NCBI RefSeq assembly: GCF_003704095.1
Contig: NW_020844515.1
Coordinates: 124,001 to 188,000, forward strand
Origin: Pocillopora damicornis
Taxonomy: Eukaryota
Reading direction: 5' to 3'
Length of the DNA: 64,000 bases
Shown here: in pieces, positions 26,801-37,901 of the stretch
How the letters are laid out: each line of letters begins with the position of its first letter
Position numbering within the stretch: position 1 is the stretch's first letter
Notes under the pieces: generated by a model
Database searches by the model: none
Seen by the model: only the letters and a program-made list of their open reading frames with translations
What the model was told of the DNA's origin: nothing
Program-made: the position numbers and the translations under genes

Positions 26801-29800
26801 TATTTTGAGTATTAAAAAATGAATGTTGAGTTTTGCTAACTGGTAAGGAACTTTTCCAATGGAAAGTGAATGTAAGAGAATAAACAGAACTAGTGTCCAG
26901 AAAATTAAATATATTTATTAAAAAGAAAAATTGGCTTTCTTGCTAATAACTTTCAATGCATCTACTGCAGCAAACAGTTTAATTTGCTTGTACTGTTTGT
27001 GGATTATTTTGGCTGCAAATTTTTGTCGCTATCTTGGTGCATTCTATGATAATACACTGAGACGAAGCAAACTGATATTTTTAGTACTCAAAACTGAGCT
27101 TTAAATTATTGATAAAATTTTCTAGAACCTTATGATACATGAATTTTGTATTTTTGTCAAATACTAGGCTTCATATGGAGTGGAAGACCCAGAGTATGCT
27201 GTGACACAGTTGGCTCAGACAACCATGAGGTCTGAATTGGGTAAATATCATGTTACCTAAGTTTTAAGCTGAGATTTGTACATGTACAGCTAGTCTGAAA
27301 TTCACATCATGTCTGAAATTGACTGAAATGTTCCTGAGTCTTGTTACACTTACATTGCAGGTAAAATAAGTTTAGATCATGTCTTTCAAGAACGAGAAAG
27401 ACTGAATCACAACATAGTAGGTGAGATCTAGTGTCTTCTTAGGTGATGCTGTAATCTCAAAAAGAGGAAAATTTGCTAAAAGAAAACGGCAGTCAGCAAC
27501 TGAACATGTTAAAATGTTGATTCAGCCTTCCACTAAAAAAGTTGCTGTATAGTGCCTCAGTTACCAGTATGTGATAATCATTAGTCACTACAGTGTTGGT
27601 GCAAAAATATCTTGTAATCGTTTATCTAGATTTATACACTATGGCCAAACATGCAACAAGAAAGAAACAGTGAAGAGACACTTGCCTGTCTTTCATGAAT
27701 TTGTTGGTAAACTGTCAGTTGAGTAAGCACATGGTACATTTATTGCCAATTAATTGGACTGAAAGAAAGGGAAAAAATACTGTTTAACAGTGATGATTAC
27801 TTATATATTGTAAGGTGTGTTTACTTTTATTAGTTTTTTTCAAATTCTGAACTTGAATGACATCTTTCCCCTATTAGAGGCCATCAACCATGCTGCTGAA
27901 GTTTGGGGAATAAGATGCTTGAGATATGAAATCCGTAAGTGTAACAGTACTGTTTATTGTATATCAAAAAAAGGTTGGGGTATGGTTAGCTTGTTTCAGC
28001 AGCTGGATTTCTGGTCTCGAGATCAAGATTTAGATCTGCATGATGTGCCCTTTGTGCTGTGCTCTCACATAAGGTTCTTAACTCTCATAGAGCCCCTCCT
28101 GACCTAAGAATATAAAGGGTTGCCAGTGTCCCATCAGTTAAACCTGAAAAGTGCTGAATGGTCCTTGCAAAGGACCAACATCTTAGCGAGGTGGAGTAGA
28201 CGTACTCCCATGTCATGAAGTGTTATCAGTTGTTTTGTTGGACTTAACCCTTAACACCCAGTAATCAATATTTAAGTTCTCCATACTCTTCTTAATACAT
28301 TACCTTTGGTATTTATATGGAGAATTTTTCTAATAATCAAGGGCTTCTTGAGTTTGCCATCATTTCCTTTATTTTTACAACCTTATTGGGAGAAATTAGA
28401 TGCTTATCAATTGAAGGGATAAAAAGGTTAATGTCAATGTTCAAAATATATGATGGATGTGAGGCTTTTTAGGACATGAAATGATTACTTTTTTCCAGGG
28501 GATATTCAGCTTCCAAACACAGTAGTTGAGGCTATGCAAATGCAGGTATGGCAAATTTCTTCAGTTGACACCAAGACTTAAAATGGTACAAGTAATGAAA
28601 ATATTAGATAGTATAAGAAGCACTCAGATTACCCAAACCCTCAAGGTCAATCATTTCAATCTTCCTCTTCATCCTCAAAAAGTGTAACCAGTCAATGACT
28701 ATGAAAAATATCAAAACACTATGGAAAACTGCAAGTATCAATCAATTTTGAATGCCACGCTTAGCCCAATGTAATAACATCTTGCTAAAACAGCAGCTAC
28801 TGCAACAAACAGTTCACGTTGCTCTGTGCTGTTTGTGGATTACTTTGCTGCAAAAGTTAAAACAAAACGTTTGTCGCTATCTTGATGTTTTCTGCAATAA
28901 TGCATTGAGACGAAGCAAACTGAAATTACGCCAAATAAACAGCACACATGGACATAAAAAATCGTTTTTTGCGATGTTATTATAATGAACATTGCAGGTA
29001 GCCTTCGTTGGTTACATCACTCCTTCCCCCTGGTTGTTCGTTTGAATCGGAAGTCTTCCTTACTGTTAGCAGTTTCCTTTTAGAACGCTTTTTGATTAAG
29101 TGTCGTGAAACCAAACCCAAAGAAATTAGAACAAAGGAAAATCACAAGGCGCCAATGTGGAAAGCAACTATTGCCTGATGCGCGGGAAAATTTAAGTGAT
29201 CAAGGCGCGATTGGTTTCAGTTTCGCTTCGCGAAAAATCTGAGAAAAATGGCCCCTTGCCACTCCTCTTTATATTTGCCAGCGTTGTATGTAAACGGTTG
29301 AACACTGTTGCTAGCTAATAAAGACATTTTAAGTAATTTCTGTATTCTATCGGCTCAGGTGGAAGCTGAGAGGATGAAACGTGCTGCAGTGTTGAAATCA
29401 GAAGGTAAAAAAACAACAACACGTATTTCTAATACTTCCCTCTTGCCTTTATTAGCAGCATAAAGTCCTTGATAATTATTAACGGTGTCAATTGCTTTTT
29501 CAGAATTTATTTGTACCGTTTTGTTGGCTTTTAGGTGAAAGAGAAGCCGCCATCAATGTCGCAGAAGGGAAAAAACAAAGTCAGATTTTAGCATCTGAAG
29601 CAAGGAAGATGGAACAGATAAACATTGCTACTGGTAACTTGCTGCTTTCTACATTTCTCTGAATCACTAAAGGTGGCGTATGTCTAAATCAACACAGTAG
29701 CTTTGTGCGTAATGTGCAAACAGCTGCACACGCGTAGAAAATCTTTTAGCGAGAGTAGAAAACAGAGGCGGGTGTAAAGATGACGTTAGGGCGAGAATGG

Positions 29801-31752
29801 AAACCGTTCGCAACTGTTTACGCCCACGGAAAACGTGTGCGCGCTGTAATGAAACGATTGTGCTTGTACAGAAAACGTTTACACGAGAAAAGGAAAATAA
29901 GTTTAATTTGACCTATGTAACCTTTACCATACAGGTGAAGCGAATGCAATTGTTGCAAAGGCAACAGCTCGCGCGGAAGGAATTGAAAAAGTCTCTTTGG
30001 CCCTTCAACGGCAGGTGTGTTCGAATGCGTTTGCTTAAAAGAGCCGTGTTTATTTTTTGTGATGAGGTATGATACTTCCAATAGGATGTATGTAAACAAG
30101 AAAACTGCTGGGAAAACAAGGAATAAAATGCTTCTCCTCCTCCGAGGTTCAAAGGAGAGACCTTCATAATCCACTCAATCCTTTGACCCCTAATAGTGAC
30201 CAGTATCTAATTTCTCCTCACAATATCATCCCTGAAGCACACATTGAGGTCACGAGAATAAAGGAAATGATCACCTACTAAAGAAGTTGTGAATTGTTAA
30301 ACAAATTCTCCCTGTCAGCACCTTAGGAAATGTATAGAGAACAGTATGGAGAATATGCATACTGATGCTGGGATGTAAAGGGTAATATATTCGTAGACGT
30401 AGCGTAATCTACTGATGGGTCATTTGTTTTTTACATCACGCATCTAAGAACATGTACGTTTGCAGTTCTTGTGTTTTTTTCGGTAGTCTCTAGGCAGCAT
30501 TACTCAGGAGTGAACGTTAGCAATGGAACCTTTTCCGCGTTATCTCGTCTATTAACAGATTGCAATGGGAAAAATTTTTGAACCAATTCACTGATCTTAT
30601 TCTAGTTAGGTGAGAGAGCAGCTACGCTCAATGTCGCTGAACAGTACGTGAACGCATTCTCTAATCTGGCTAAAACAAACAACACGGTGGTGTTACCAGC
30701 TAATGTGGGAGACGCGGGTTCAATGGTGGCACAGGTGAGAGCCATTTTACTAGTGTTGTTCATAGACAACTGTTACAAAGACAGCACATCTTTGGGTCAA
30801 AACTTATGGGTTTTTTGAGTAGCTTGCGAGCAGGTACCCATTGTAAGTGTCGCGTGGCGCGGGTTTTCCGTCCGCGGGGAGATTTGAAACGAAGAAACGC
30901 TTGAGCCTAGGCTCCAATGATAAAGGCCTATTTGCCCAAGTGACGTGTGCTCTCTGTGTAAATCTATTAGGATCCTTAACTGTCTGTTCAGTTTAAGCGT
31001 CTGTATAACTGTCTGTTTGTTTGTTCGTATGTTGATTATTTTTCTTTAACTTGTCTTACAAAGCTTTATTAAGCTCCTTTATCTACGTAACTCAAGAATC
31101 AAACAGTGCTCATTCAATACCATGTTTGAGTTCTGGCGGCTGTTAGAGAAACGTAGTGTCGCTATCTTGCTGTGTTTAGCCGTAGGGCATTGAGACGAAA
31201 CACGCTTACTTCCGTCTATAAATTGTTGAATCATCGTCGTTACTGACTTAGAGACGTTACAATGTTGCCCTATCATGATAAAGGTTTTGTTAAAGAATGG
31301 ATTGATTCCGGGCTCAGCATCCTGTTACTGGCAGTTGTCAATTTGTCAAAACGATTTCTGTTGGAAAGTGAAATTTGGGAAATGCTGTTCTGGGAATGAA
31401 TTAGAGCATTCGTCTAGGGGAAAAAAAGTAGTCGTTACATCTCATCCCTTCTGTTGCTTTACAGGCTTTGGCGGTTTATGGCCAGGTCACAGGGAAGCCT
31501 AAGAATGACCCCTCACCCCCTTCCGGTGGGTTAACCGATTCTTCAACAGATAGTGCGAGCGCAGGCGGCGACCAAACACAGAAGGGAGGTGACGGGGACA
31601 CGCAAAAAGACAAATCGTCTGCTTCTGCTGCAAGAGATTTTCGGCAAGTCGAGGGTTCTCCAGCGGATTCACACATGAGATGGAACCCAGTCTCTTCAAG
31701 ATCACATTTCACTGCGGCTTCTTCACCAACTCGCGCACGAGACTTTTCGTGA
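23838..31752 (+). CDS. STOML2: Stomatin-like protein 2, mitochondrial (SPFH/band 7), about 412 aa
   Basis: Exons 23838-23885, 25017-25094, 25767-25841, 25962-26061, 26427-26485, 27168-27240, 27361-27420, 27878-27934, 28499-28545, 29359-29404, 29535-29633, 29935-30014, 30606-30734, 31465-31752. Motifs FVPQQEAWIIERFGKF, SAITLDNVTL, ASYGVEDPEYAVTQLAQTTMRSELGK, WGIRCLRYEI, AMQMQVEAER, VAEQYVNAFSNLAK; N-terminal presequence is Arg/Ser-rich and lacks acidic residues. Confidence 0.95.
26957..27080 (+). ncRNA. Candidate H/ACA-like snoRNA copy 1 (STOML2 intron 5), H box apparently lost
   Basis: Two hairpins with internal pockets (CTGCA/GGATT and TGTCGCTAT/ACG); terminal ATA; paralogous to 28791-28928. 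Confidence 0.45.
28244..28431 (-). mobile_element. TTAA-flanked piggyBac-type MITE copy
   Basis: ttaaccctt...aaggttaa ends; reverse-complement similarity to 30175-30385. Confidence 0.6.
28791..28928 (+). ncRNA. Candidate H/ACA-like snoRNA copy 2 (STOML2 intron 9)
   Basis: Hairpin, A-rich hinge containing ANANNA, hairpin, then AAA; same pockets as copy 1 with a compensatory stem change. Confidence 0.55.
30175..30385 (+). mobile_element. piggyBac-type MITE copy, about 210 bp
   Basis: cctttgacccc...gggatgtaaagggt ends; same family as 28244-28431. Confidence 0.6.
31088..31213 (+). ncRNA. Candidate H/ACA-like snoRNA copy 3 (STOML2 intron 13)
   Basis: caaacag/tgtttg stem, H-box-like AGAGAA, second hairpin with the identical TGTCGCTATCTT...TGAGACGAA pocket; terminal box is ACT, not ACA. 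Confidence 0.45.
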
Positions 31753-34700
31753 ATTTACAATTAGTCTATCCCGCGTTGTTCACGCAATTTCATCAAGAAA
31801 TCGAGCATAAAGCAGAACTGCCATGAACCCGTTCACGCTGACTTTATGCGCTACATTTGAATAAAATTTTTCAGGCGCAAGCTAAATAAAAGTCATTATT
31901 GAAGGACGTTCATCAGAACTAAACAAAGAAGTAATCCGGGATAAAAGACACCTTTTGGCAAGAGTACTGAAATTTCCTCTGGAGATGATATTTTTAATTT
32001 TCATGATAGTTCGTACCTACTTTATTAACAAGATGAAATTAACAGGGGATTCTTTACAAATTTAACACTTGGTGCGACTAATTTGCGCGAATGGGTCGCT
32101 TGGCTACTGTTGCTCTTTGTGTTATCAGGGTAGAATCGCTGAAGAAATTTGCCACATGAAACTCTTGATTAATGTGAAAAGATGGCGCGAACGTCGCTCT
32201 AAGGTGAAGGGAGTGCCTAAACCTTTGCGACATAATAAAAGCATGCCATTATGTTGAGGATTGAATTTCAAACAAAATCAGTTCACAAGGCTAAAGAGTT
32301 TCGTGATGAAGCGTGAGTGGTTTTTAACTGAGCTATTAGAGTAATCCGGGATTGTATAGGTAAAACCGATAAAACTTGGACGCTCGCGTTTTTACGCAAC
32401 TCACATCGATTTCCTTCGTTTTATAAGCTTCTTTTGTTGTTTTCCTTGTCGTTTTGAACAGTTTCGAGTGCACGAAACCAAATTGAAATGGCCCAAGACC
32501 TACAAAGTACCCAATTCTTTCATTCTTGAAGGTCTCACTAGCAGTTGTTGTTTGGTTTTGGCACCCAGCGCGCTCCCTAAAGATGTATCAACGTGTTACG
32601 ACAGGTTGCCTTCATTACGTGACTGGATTAAACAGCATGACTAGTTTAAAAGGAAACGATGAGTTGGCCTGCTTTCTAACAATAATCTGCCCATCCCCAA
32701 CAAGCTCTTTGCAGCTGGTGATCACATGACACTGTCAGTCAAAAAATTAATGAAAAGCTGGTCAAAAGTCTGTAGATTAAGTAAAAGGAAAGAAAAAGAA
32801 ATAAGACTGCGAAAACCCATGATTACCTCATGATAGAAATGGAAGTAAAATTAATTCAGAGGAAATAAGTATGCCTTGTCTTTTCTCGTTGACCAGAGTC
32901 TTCATCGACCAGTAAGAGTTGTCGATACGGATGATACGATTGACAATTTAAATTTCAGCCAGGGTCCAGTGGTACCGGTTGTCAGTTCAGAAGCTCAAAA
33001 AGGTATCTTTGTAATTCCGAGTTACTTATTGAAAGTTACCCTGAACAAGAAAGGCGAGTCCACAATTGGAAATACCGCAATGCCATGCGGCAAATTGCTT
33101 TCGATGACATCTCTCAAAAACCCCAAACCGGTTATCCAAACAATATTTTTGACAACGCAAAAAAAACCGAAATCTTAGTAATTTAAATTTCATTGAGTCA
33201 GCTGGTTTGTTTCACGATATTTGAGCGCTTTTGGGGCGGTTAAATTTAGGACTGATCAACTCTTGAGACTGCCGACAACCTAAAATAGTCAGTTCAACTT
33301 AACTTGTAAACAACACCAGGTAAATTATTTACGGCTATTATTAACTAATGGTCAGAGCTGTCTGAACCATACTTCAATCCTTTGTTCTCAGTACTTAATT
33401 GCCTTTCAAATGCAAACAAACGATCTGTAAACTCGTCGGCTAATATTTTGTGGTCACGGTTTATTGCGGTTAGAGGACTGCGAGACACTTCAGGCGCAAT
33501 TCTGTAAATTTTGTACGAACCCTCGATCACGGAATAGTTTTTAGGGTGACAAAGATGTCTTGACCTTTTGCAGAATCGAAGAAAGAAAGGTGAGATCTCC
33601 AGGTAGAATCGAGGACGACCCATGTTTGAGTTATTGTGTCAGTTAACACAAATTAAACGCGGTTTTCCGTAGCAGAAGTTCCACCGCGCCGACAGTCAAG
33701 GCTGACACTCGAGAGGTAAGCAGAATAGTCAAATTCTCATAGTTTGAAGTTCCTTTAATCATTGCAATTTTTGCCGGAGATAGTTGGCGCTTGATAATTG
33801 TAGTTGCAATTGAGTTGAATATGAACTATGAATAGTTTACAAACTCTTAGGTTAGACAAGCTAATGTAAACACTAAGATCGGCCGACATTGCTGAAATCT
33901 CAACGCCGCCAAAACTCATGTACATCGTATAGTATTCGGAATTGCTCTTTAACGATGTTTGAAAAGAATTTTTGAGTTAATTTTTCTAAGAAATCGTCCT
34001 GTTGTATTTTAATTAATTCACAAACTGCCAAAAACTATTTGAAGCAATGAGTCAGCGTTTAATTAGGTAACTAAACTCAACAAAAATTCGACCAAGAACT
34101 CGGTCGATGTGTTTAAAATATTTGTAACATATTGCCTAGTTTTAATTTAATCGGCTTTAAAGAAAATCTCTTTCAAAGACTTTAATTTAGGGTAACGCAA
34201 GACTCATTCTTTTGTCTTCACTCGATCGACAAAGACAAATGAATAATTCATATCTGATGTCTTAAAATATAATATTTTTAATTACTCTTTCTAATTCTTT
34301 TTTAACTTTGAGTGTGACACCATTAAAGAGCCGATAGCACAGCCACACAAGTTGCAGGGATGTTAACAACTCATGTAGTATATTGTTTGAGAAAATCGCT
34401 TCGCCTTGAACTCTTGGGAAACGAAAGCTGAGGTCGATCGGGAAGGAAAAAAATAACTAAAAAAAAAAAACTTTCGGGACTGTGATAAATTAGGGACTGC
34501 CTAAGATTTTGATAGCAACGGAATTTTTTCATTAGCTCCATTTCATCTTAAGCCTTTTATCTTGAAAACGATAATATGCCAGCGCATTGTTTGCTCAGCA
34601 CTTGAACTCTCAGGCTGGTTTTAAGAGCGAGCATAAATTATCCGCAGTGTTTAGTCAACTTCGTCCTTCGCGAGTTTGGCTTGTTTACATTGGCTGAATT

Positions 34701-35199
34701 TACCGTCAAAAACAATTCAACTCCTGTAGTTTACATTCTATAAGCAGTAGCCTGTCTTCGGTGCTCCGCTTTTGGCTAAGCTGTTTGTTTCTATGCAACT
34801 TAGCGATATTTTATTACATGTACTATTCACGACAAGCGTTAGCTCGCAATGAGCGCGTCTAGCCTTAGTTGAGTCGAAACGAAACTTGAGTTGACAACGG
34901 CAAATCTGGTGGATAAACGGATAGATAAGTTGAGAATAATTGTATTTCATAATTATGACAAAATCTTTGTCAAAAAGGAATTATATGAAAGGAATTCCAC
35001 TCCTTTCTTTCCTTTCTTTTCGGTATTTCAATCCTTTTAGTCTAAAAGTAACATGTTTAGAAAGCATCACGAAACTTATCAAGAATGTGCGTAGCTAAAA
35101 ATATGGACAAGGACGAAGAGATTTATCAAAATGGCGCAAAACTCCGATGAAAAAGGAAAAAAAGAAAAACGAAACATGTTCATCTACAGGGGTCAAGTT

Positions 35200-35350
35200 T
35201 CTACAGAAAATGTGGTGCTGCGTTGGTGGTAGATATCACCTGAGTTGATACTGTAAATTGGCCACCGTTGGTTGGAGTTTCTCAAGCTGACTTACGGACG
35301 TTAGATCTTCGTCATTCGCTCTGACCGAAAAACTTTCGGACGTTAGCTTT
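35200..35350 (+). repeat. Dispersed repeat family (gaaactgtggtgctgcgt...actgagttgataac...aattggccaccgt)
   Basis: Related copies at about 15375-15470 (-), 49108-49258 (-) and 54840-54960 (+). Confidence 0.65.
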
Positions 35351-35458
35351 AAAAAACTCCTTACTTTGGCCAATTTACATTATCAGGCTCATCTAAAGAT
35401 TTTGTCTTTTTCAGCTTATGGATGAAAGTAGTTCGTCTGCAAACCCAGGGTTAAAAGA

Positions 35459-36718
35459 ATGACTGGCCTTCTGGCTTCACCAACCAGCCGCTCCCAACCA
35501 GAGAAGGTCGCCGAGGTCTTCTTCCTTGGCATCTTGTTTGTGATAGCTTTGGTGGCAAACAGCACCATATGTTACGCCATGCTACAGCCCTACCGTTTAA
35601 AGACCTCTTCAAATCTGTTCCCTTTCTCGTTAGCAGTTGCCAACCTTAGTTTAGCCCTCCTGCACACTCCTTACACCATGGCATCGTTAATAGTGGATCA
35701 TTGGCCATTCGATATCGCATGGTGTCAAATATCAGGCATGCTGATAAATCTGGTATCAATGGCGTCCAATTTTTCCATAGTACTTATTGCAATTCATCGT
35801 TATTATCTCATCGTCAAGCCTCTATCTGACACAATAAGTGTTCGTCGAGCAAAAACAATGGTAGCATTTGTGTGGTTCACGTCGTTAGTGACCGCCGTTC
35901 CACCCTTGTTTGGTTGGAATTCATACAGATATATTCCTGGCAAAGCATTTTGCTCAGTCGATTGGCAAGATGGCGGACCGGACCTGGTGTATTCTGTATA
36001 TCTCGTGGTGATTAGTTTTTTTGTGCCGCTCGGGATTCTTTTCTATATCTATCGTGCTATTTATTTGAAGACAAAACGTCAAAGAAAAAAGACGGACTAC
36101 AATACACTTCGTGGACTGAGTGATCAGGGTAGTTTTACCTATCAACGTTCGCAAACTCTGTGTCAGAAACTGGCATGTTGCTTATCGAGGAACAATTCAC
36201 AAGGTAGTAATTCCTCTCCTTCTACTTCGGAAAAAGGAAATGTCTCTTCACCGGCCACATCGAGGTCGTATTCCTTCGAGCTATCTCCCTCGAGGAGAGA
36301 CAATGCCCTCCAAAGGGAAGAAATGAGAAGGCGAAGAGAAGTTATAACGCGAAGTCTAACGCGCCAGAGTTCCATCTATGAGCAGAAAACGGTGCAGAAT
36401 GCTCTTGTTCTGCTTTTAACTTTTGTCATTAACTTGGCACCGTATTACATCGTCGGTATTTGGTCGGGTGCTTCTCAGAAGACCGCTTCCAACGGGTTAG
36501 ATTTCTTTGTGACATTTTTGTTTGTTTGCATGACAGCTGTCAATCCTATGCTGTATGGGTTTTTTAATCGCCAAATAAGAAGAGTTGTTCTCAAGTCTAC
36601 GATAGGCCAGTTCGCTTGTCAGCTATGTAAATGTTGCGATAGTGATTTAGACACTAGGCCTGACGCTGCAACAACTAGACGAGGAAGAAATACCCTGGGA
36701 CCAGATTCCGAATGTTAA
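35459..36718 (+). CDS. Orphan class-A GPCR with uninterrupted CDS, 419 aa (GPR161-like or opsin-related, no retinal lysine)
   Basis: Seven hydrophobic segments; SLAVANL, WCQ, IAIHRYY, PPLFGW, CSVDW, FFVP, NPMLYGFFNRQIR; long Ser/Arg-rich ICL3; likely 5'UTR intron from donor 33716 to acceptor 35414. Confidence 0.9.
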   Translation: MTGLLASPTSRSQPEKVAEVFFLGILFVIALVANSTICYAMLQPYRLKTSSNLFPFSLAVANLSLALLHTPYTMASLIVDHWPFDIAWCQISGMLINLVSMASNFSIVLIAIHRYYLIVKPLSDTISVRRAKTMVAFVWFTSLVTAVPPLFGWNSYRYIPGKAFCSVDWQDGGPDLVYSVYLVVISFFVPLGILFYIYRAIYLKTKRQRKKTDYNTLRGLSDQGSFTYQRSQTLCQKLACCLSRNNSQGSNSSPSTSEKGNVSSPATSRSYSFELSPSRRDNALQREEMRRRREVITRSLTRQSSIYEQKTVQNALVLLLTFVINLAPYYIVGIWSGASQKTASNGLDFFVTFLFVCMTAVNPMLYGFFNRQIRRVVLKSTIGQFACQLCKCCDSDLDTRPDAATTRRGRNTLGPDSEC

Positions 36719-36749
36719 TGGGGTTTAGGAACAGGAAAGTATTTATAAT

Positions 36750-37213
36750 AGTAACTGAACTAAGTGCAGTACAATTTGGCCTGAAATCATATGCGTAATT
36801 TCAAAATCAAACGAGTGCGCAGCACAAGTTTGATGTTAAATTACTTGTATGATTTCAGAACAAAATTCCCCGACACAAAGTTCAATTACTACTTTATTAC
36901 ATCCATTTTGAAATCGCAAAATTCAGTTGGTCAGATATAGGATTTTAGTCCGTAAAAATATCGTACTGATCCAGTAGTGGGCTGGTTCGTAGAAAGTTGC
37001 AAAAGCTGTTTTTCATTTTGTTGCAATTTGTTTGGTTTCTTTGAACAAACCTCGAGATCTGATTAGTTGTTGTATCTTGGTAAAGCTTCCTCGTTCGCTG
37101 AGGGAAAGATGCGATTTAGAGCAAAACGTGGTGCGTGCGATTCGTGAATAAATCGCACCAATAAGAGCTTATCAGAATGCAAGGATCACCACATATATTA
37201 AAATGGATGTAAT
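36750..37213. repeat. Probable interspersed repeat just after the GPCR stop, with an internal inverted repeat
   Basis: ATTACATCCATTTT (about 36896) and AAAATGGATGTAAT (about 37200) are inverted copies; boundaries approximate. Confidence 0.4.
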
Positions 37214-37901
37214 CTAAATCTTCTTGATTTAGCTCGGGTCTATAACAAGAAAGAAGAAGAATTTCGATAAAAGATCAGAAGTGCGATTGAAGAGACACAC
37301 GAGAAGACATAGTTTACAAATCGTAAATACAAGTACAATAGATTTTAAATGCAATGGAAGGAAAATAGCTATAAAGTGGTTATTTATTTTCAAGCCTCTA
37401 TTTATTAAAGAACGACGAAATATTTTGAAAACCTTGAGTTTCTTTTGGTAATGAGTATTTTCTTTTAAACCCTGTAAAATTTGGTTGAAATGTTTTTCTT
37501 GGCGTGGTGTAGATGGAAAACCAATATGAGTTTTTGTTCGACGAGCCTCCTTGTTGAAAAAAAACTGACATGTCCGTGTTGGACAAGGATGAACAATTTA
37601 CACAGTTCTTTATACGATATCAGGATAGACCTTTCTGTGTGGAGTAAGGAGAAGTTTCGGCGAGAAAATTCTTGGAGCAATCCTGGCGAATATCTAGCAA
37701 AGGAAAACTCTTTTTCTCCTCTTCCTATGGTAGTATGTGGAACCTTACTTTGTGCTCACACCATAATTATCTGCCGGAGTTAACGTTGAGACTCGACTGT
37801 CACTCACAAACTAACATGGATCACTTTTATGCCAAAAAATACCTCTTCTTGTAATCCTTGCATCGAAAGAAAGCTATAATGATAAAAATACCATATATAG
37901 G

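Noticed and set aside
32876-33178. 100-aa ORF between STOML2 and the GPCR
   Set aside because: Non-ATG start, no recognisable domain and no convincing splice context
35459-36718. Opsin
   Set aside because: No lysine at the retinal-binding position in TM7
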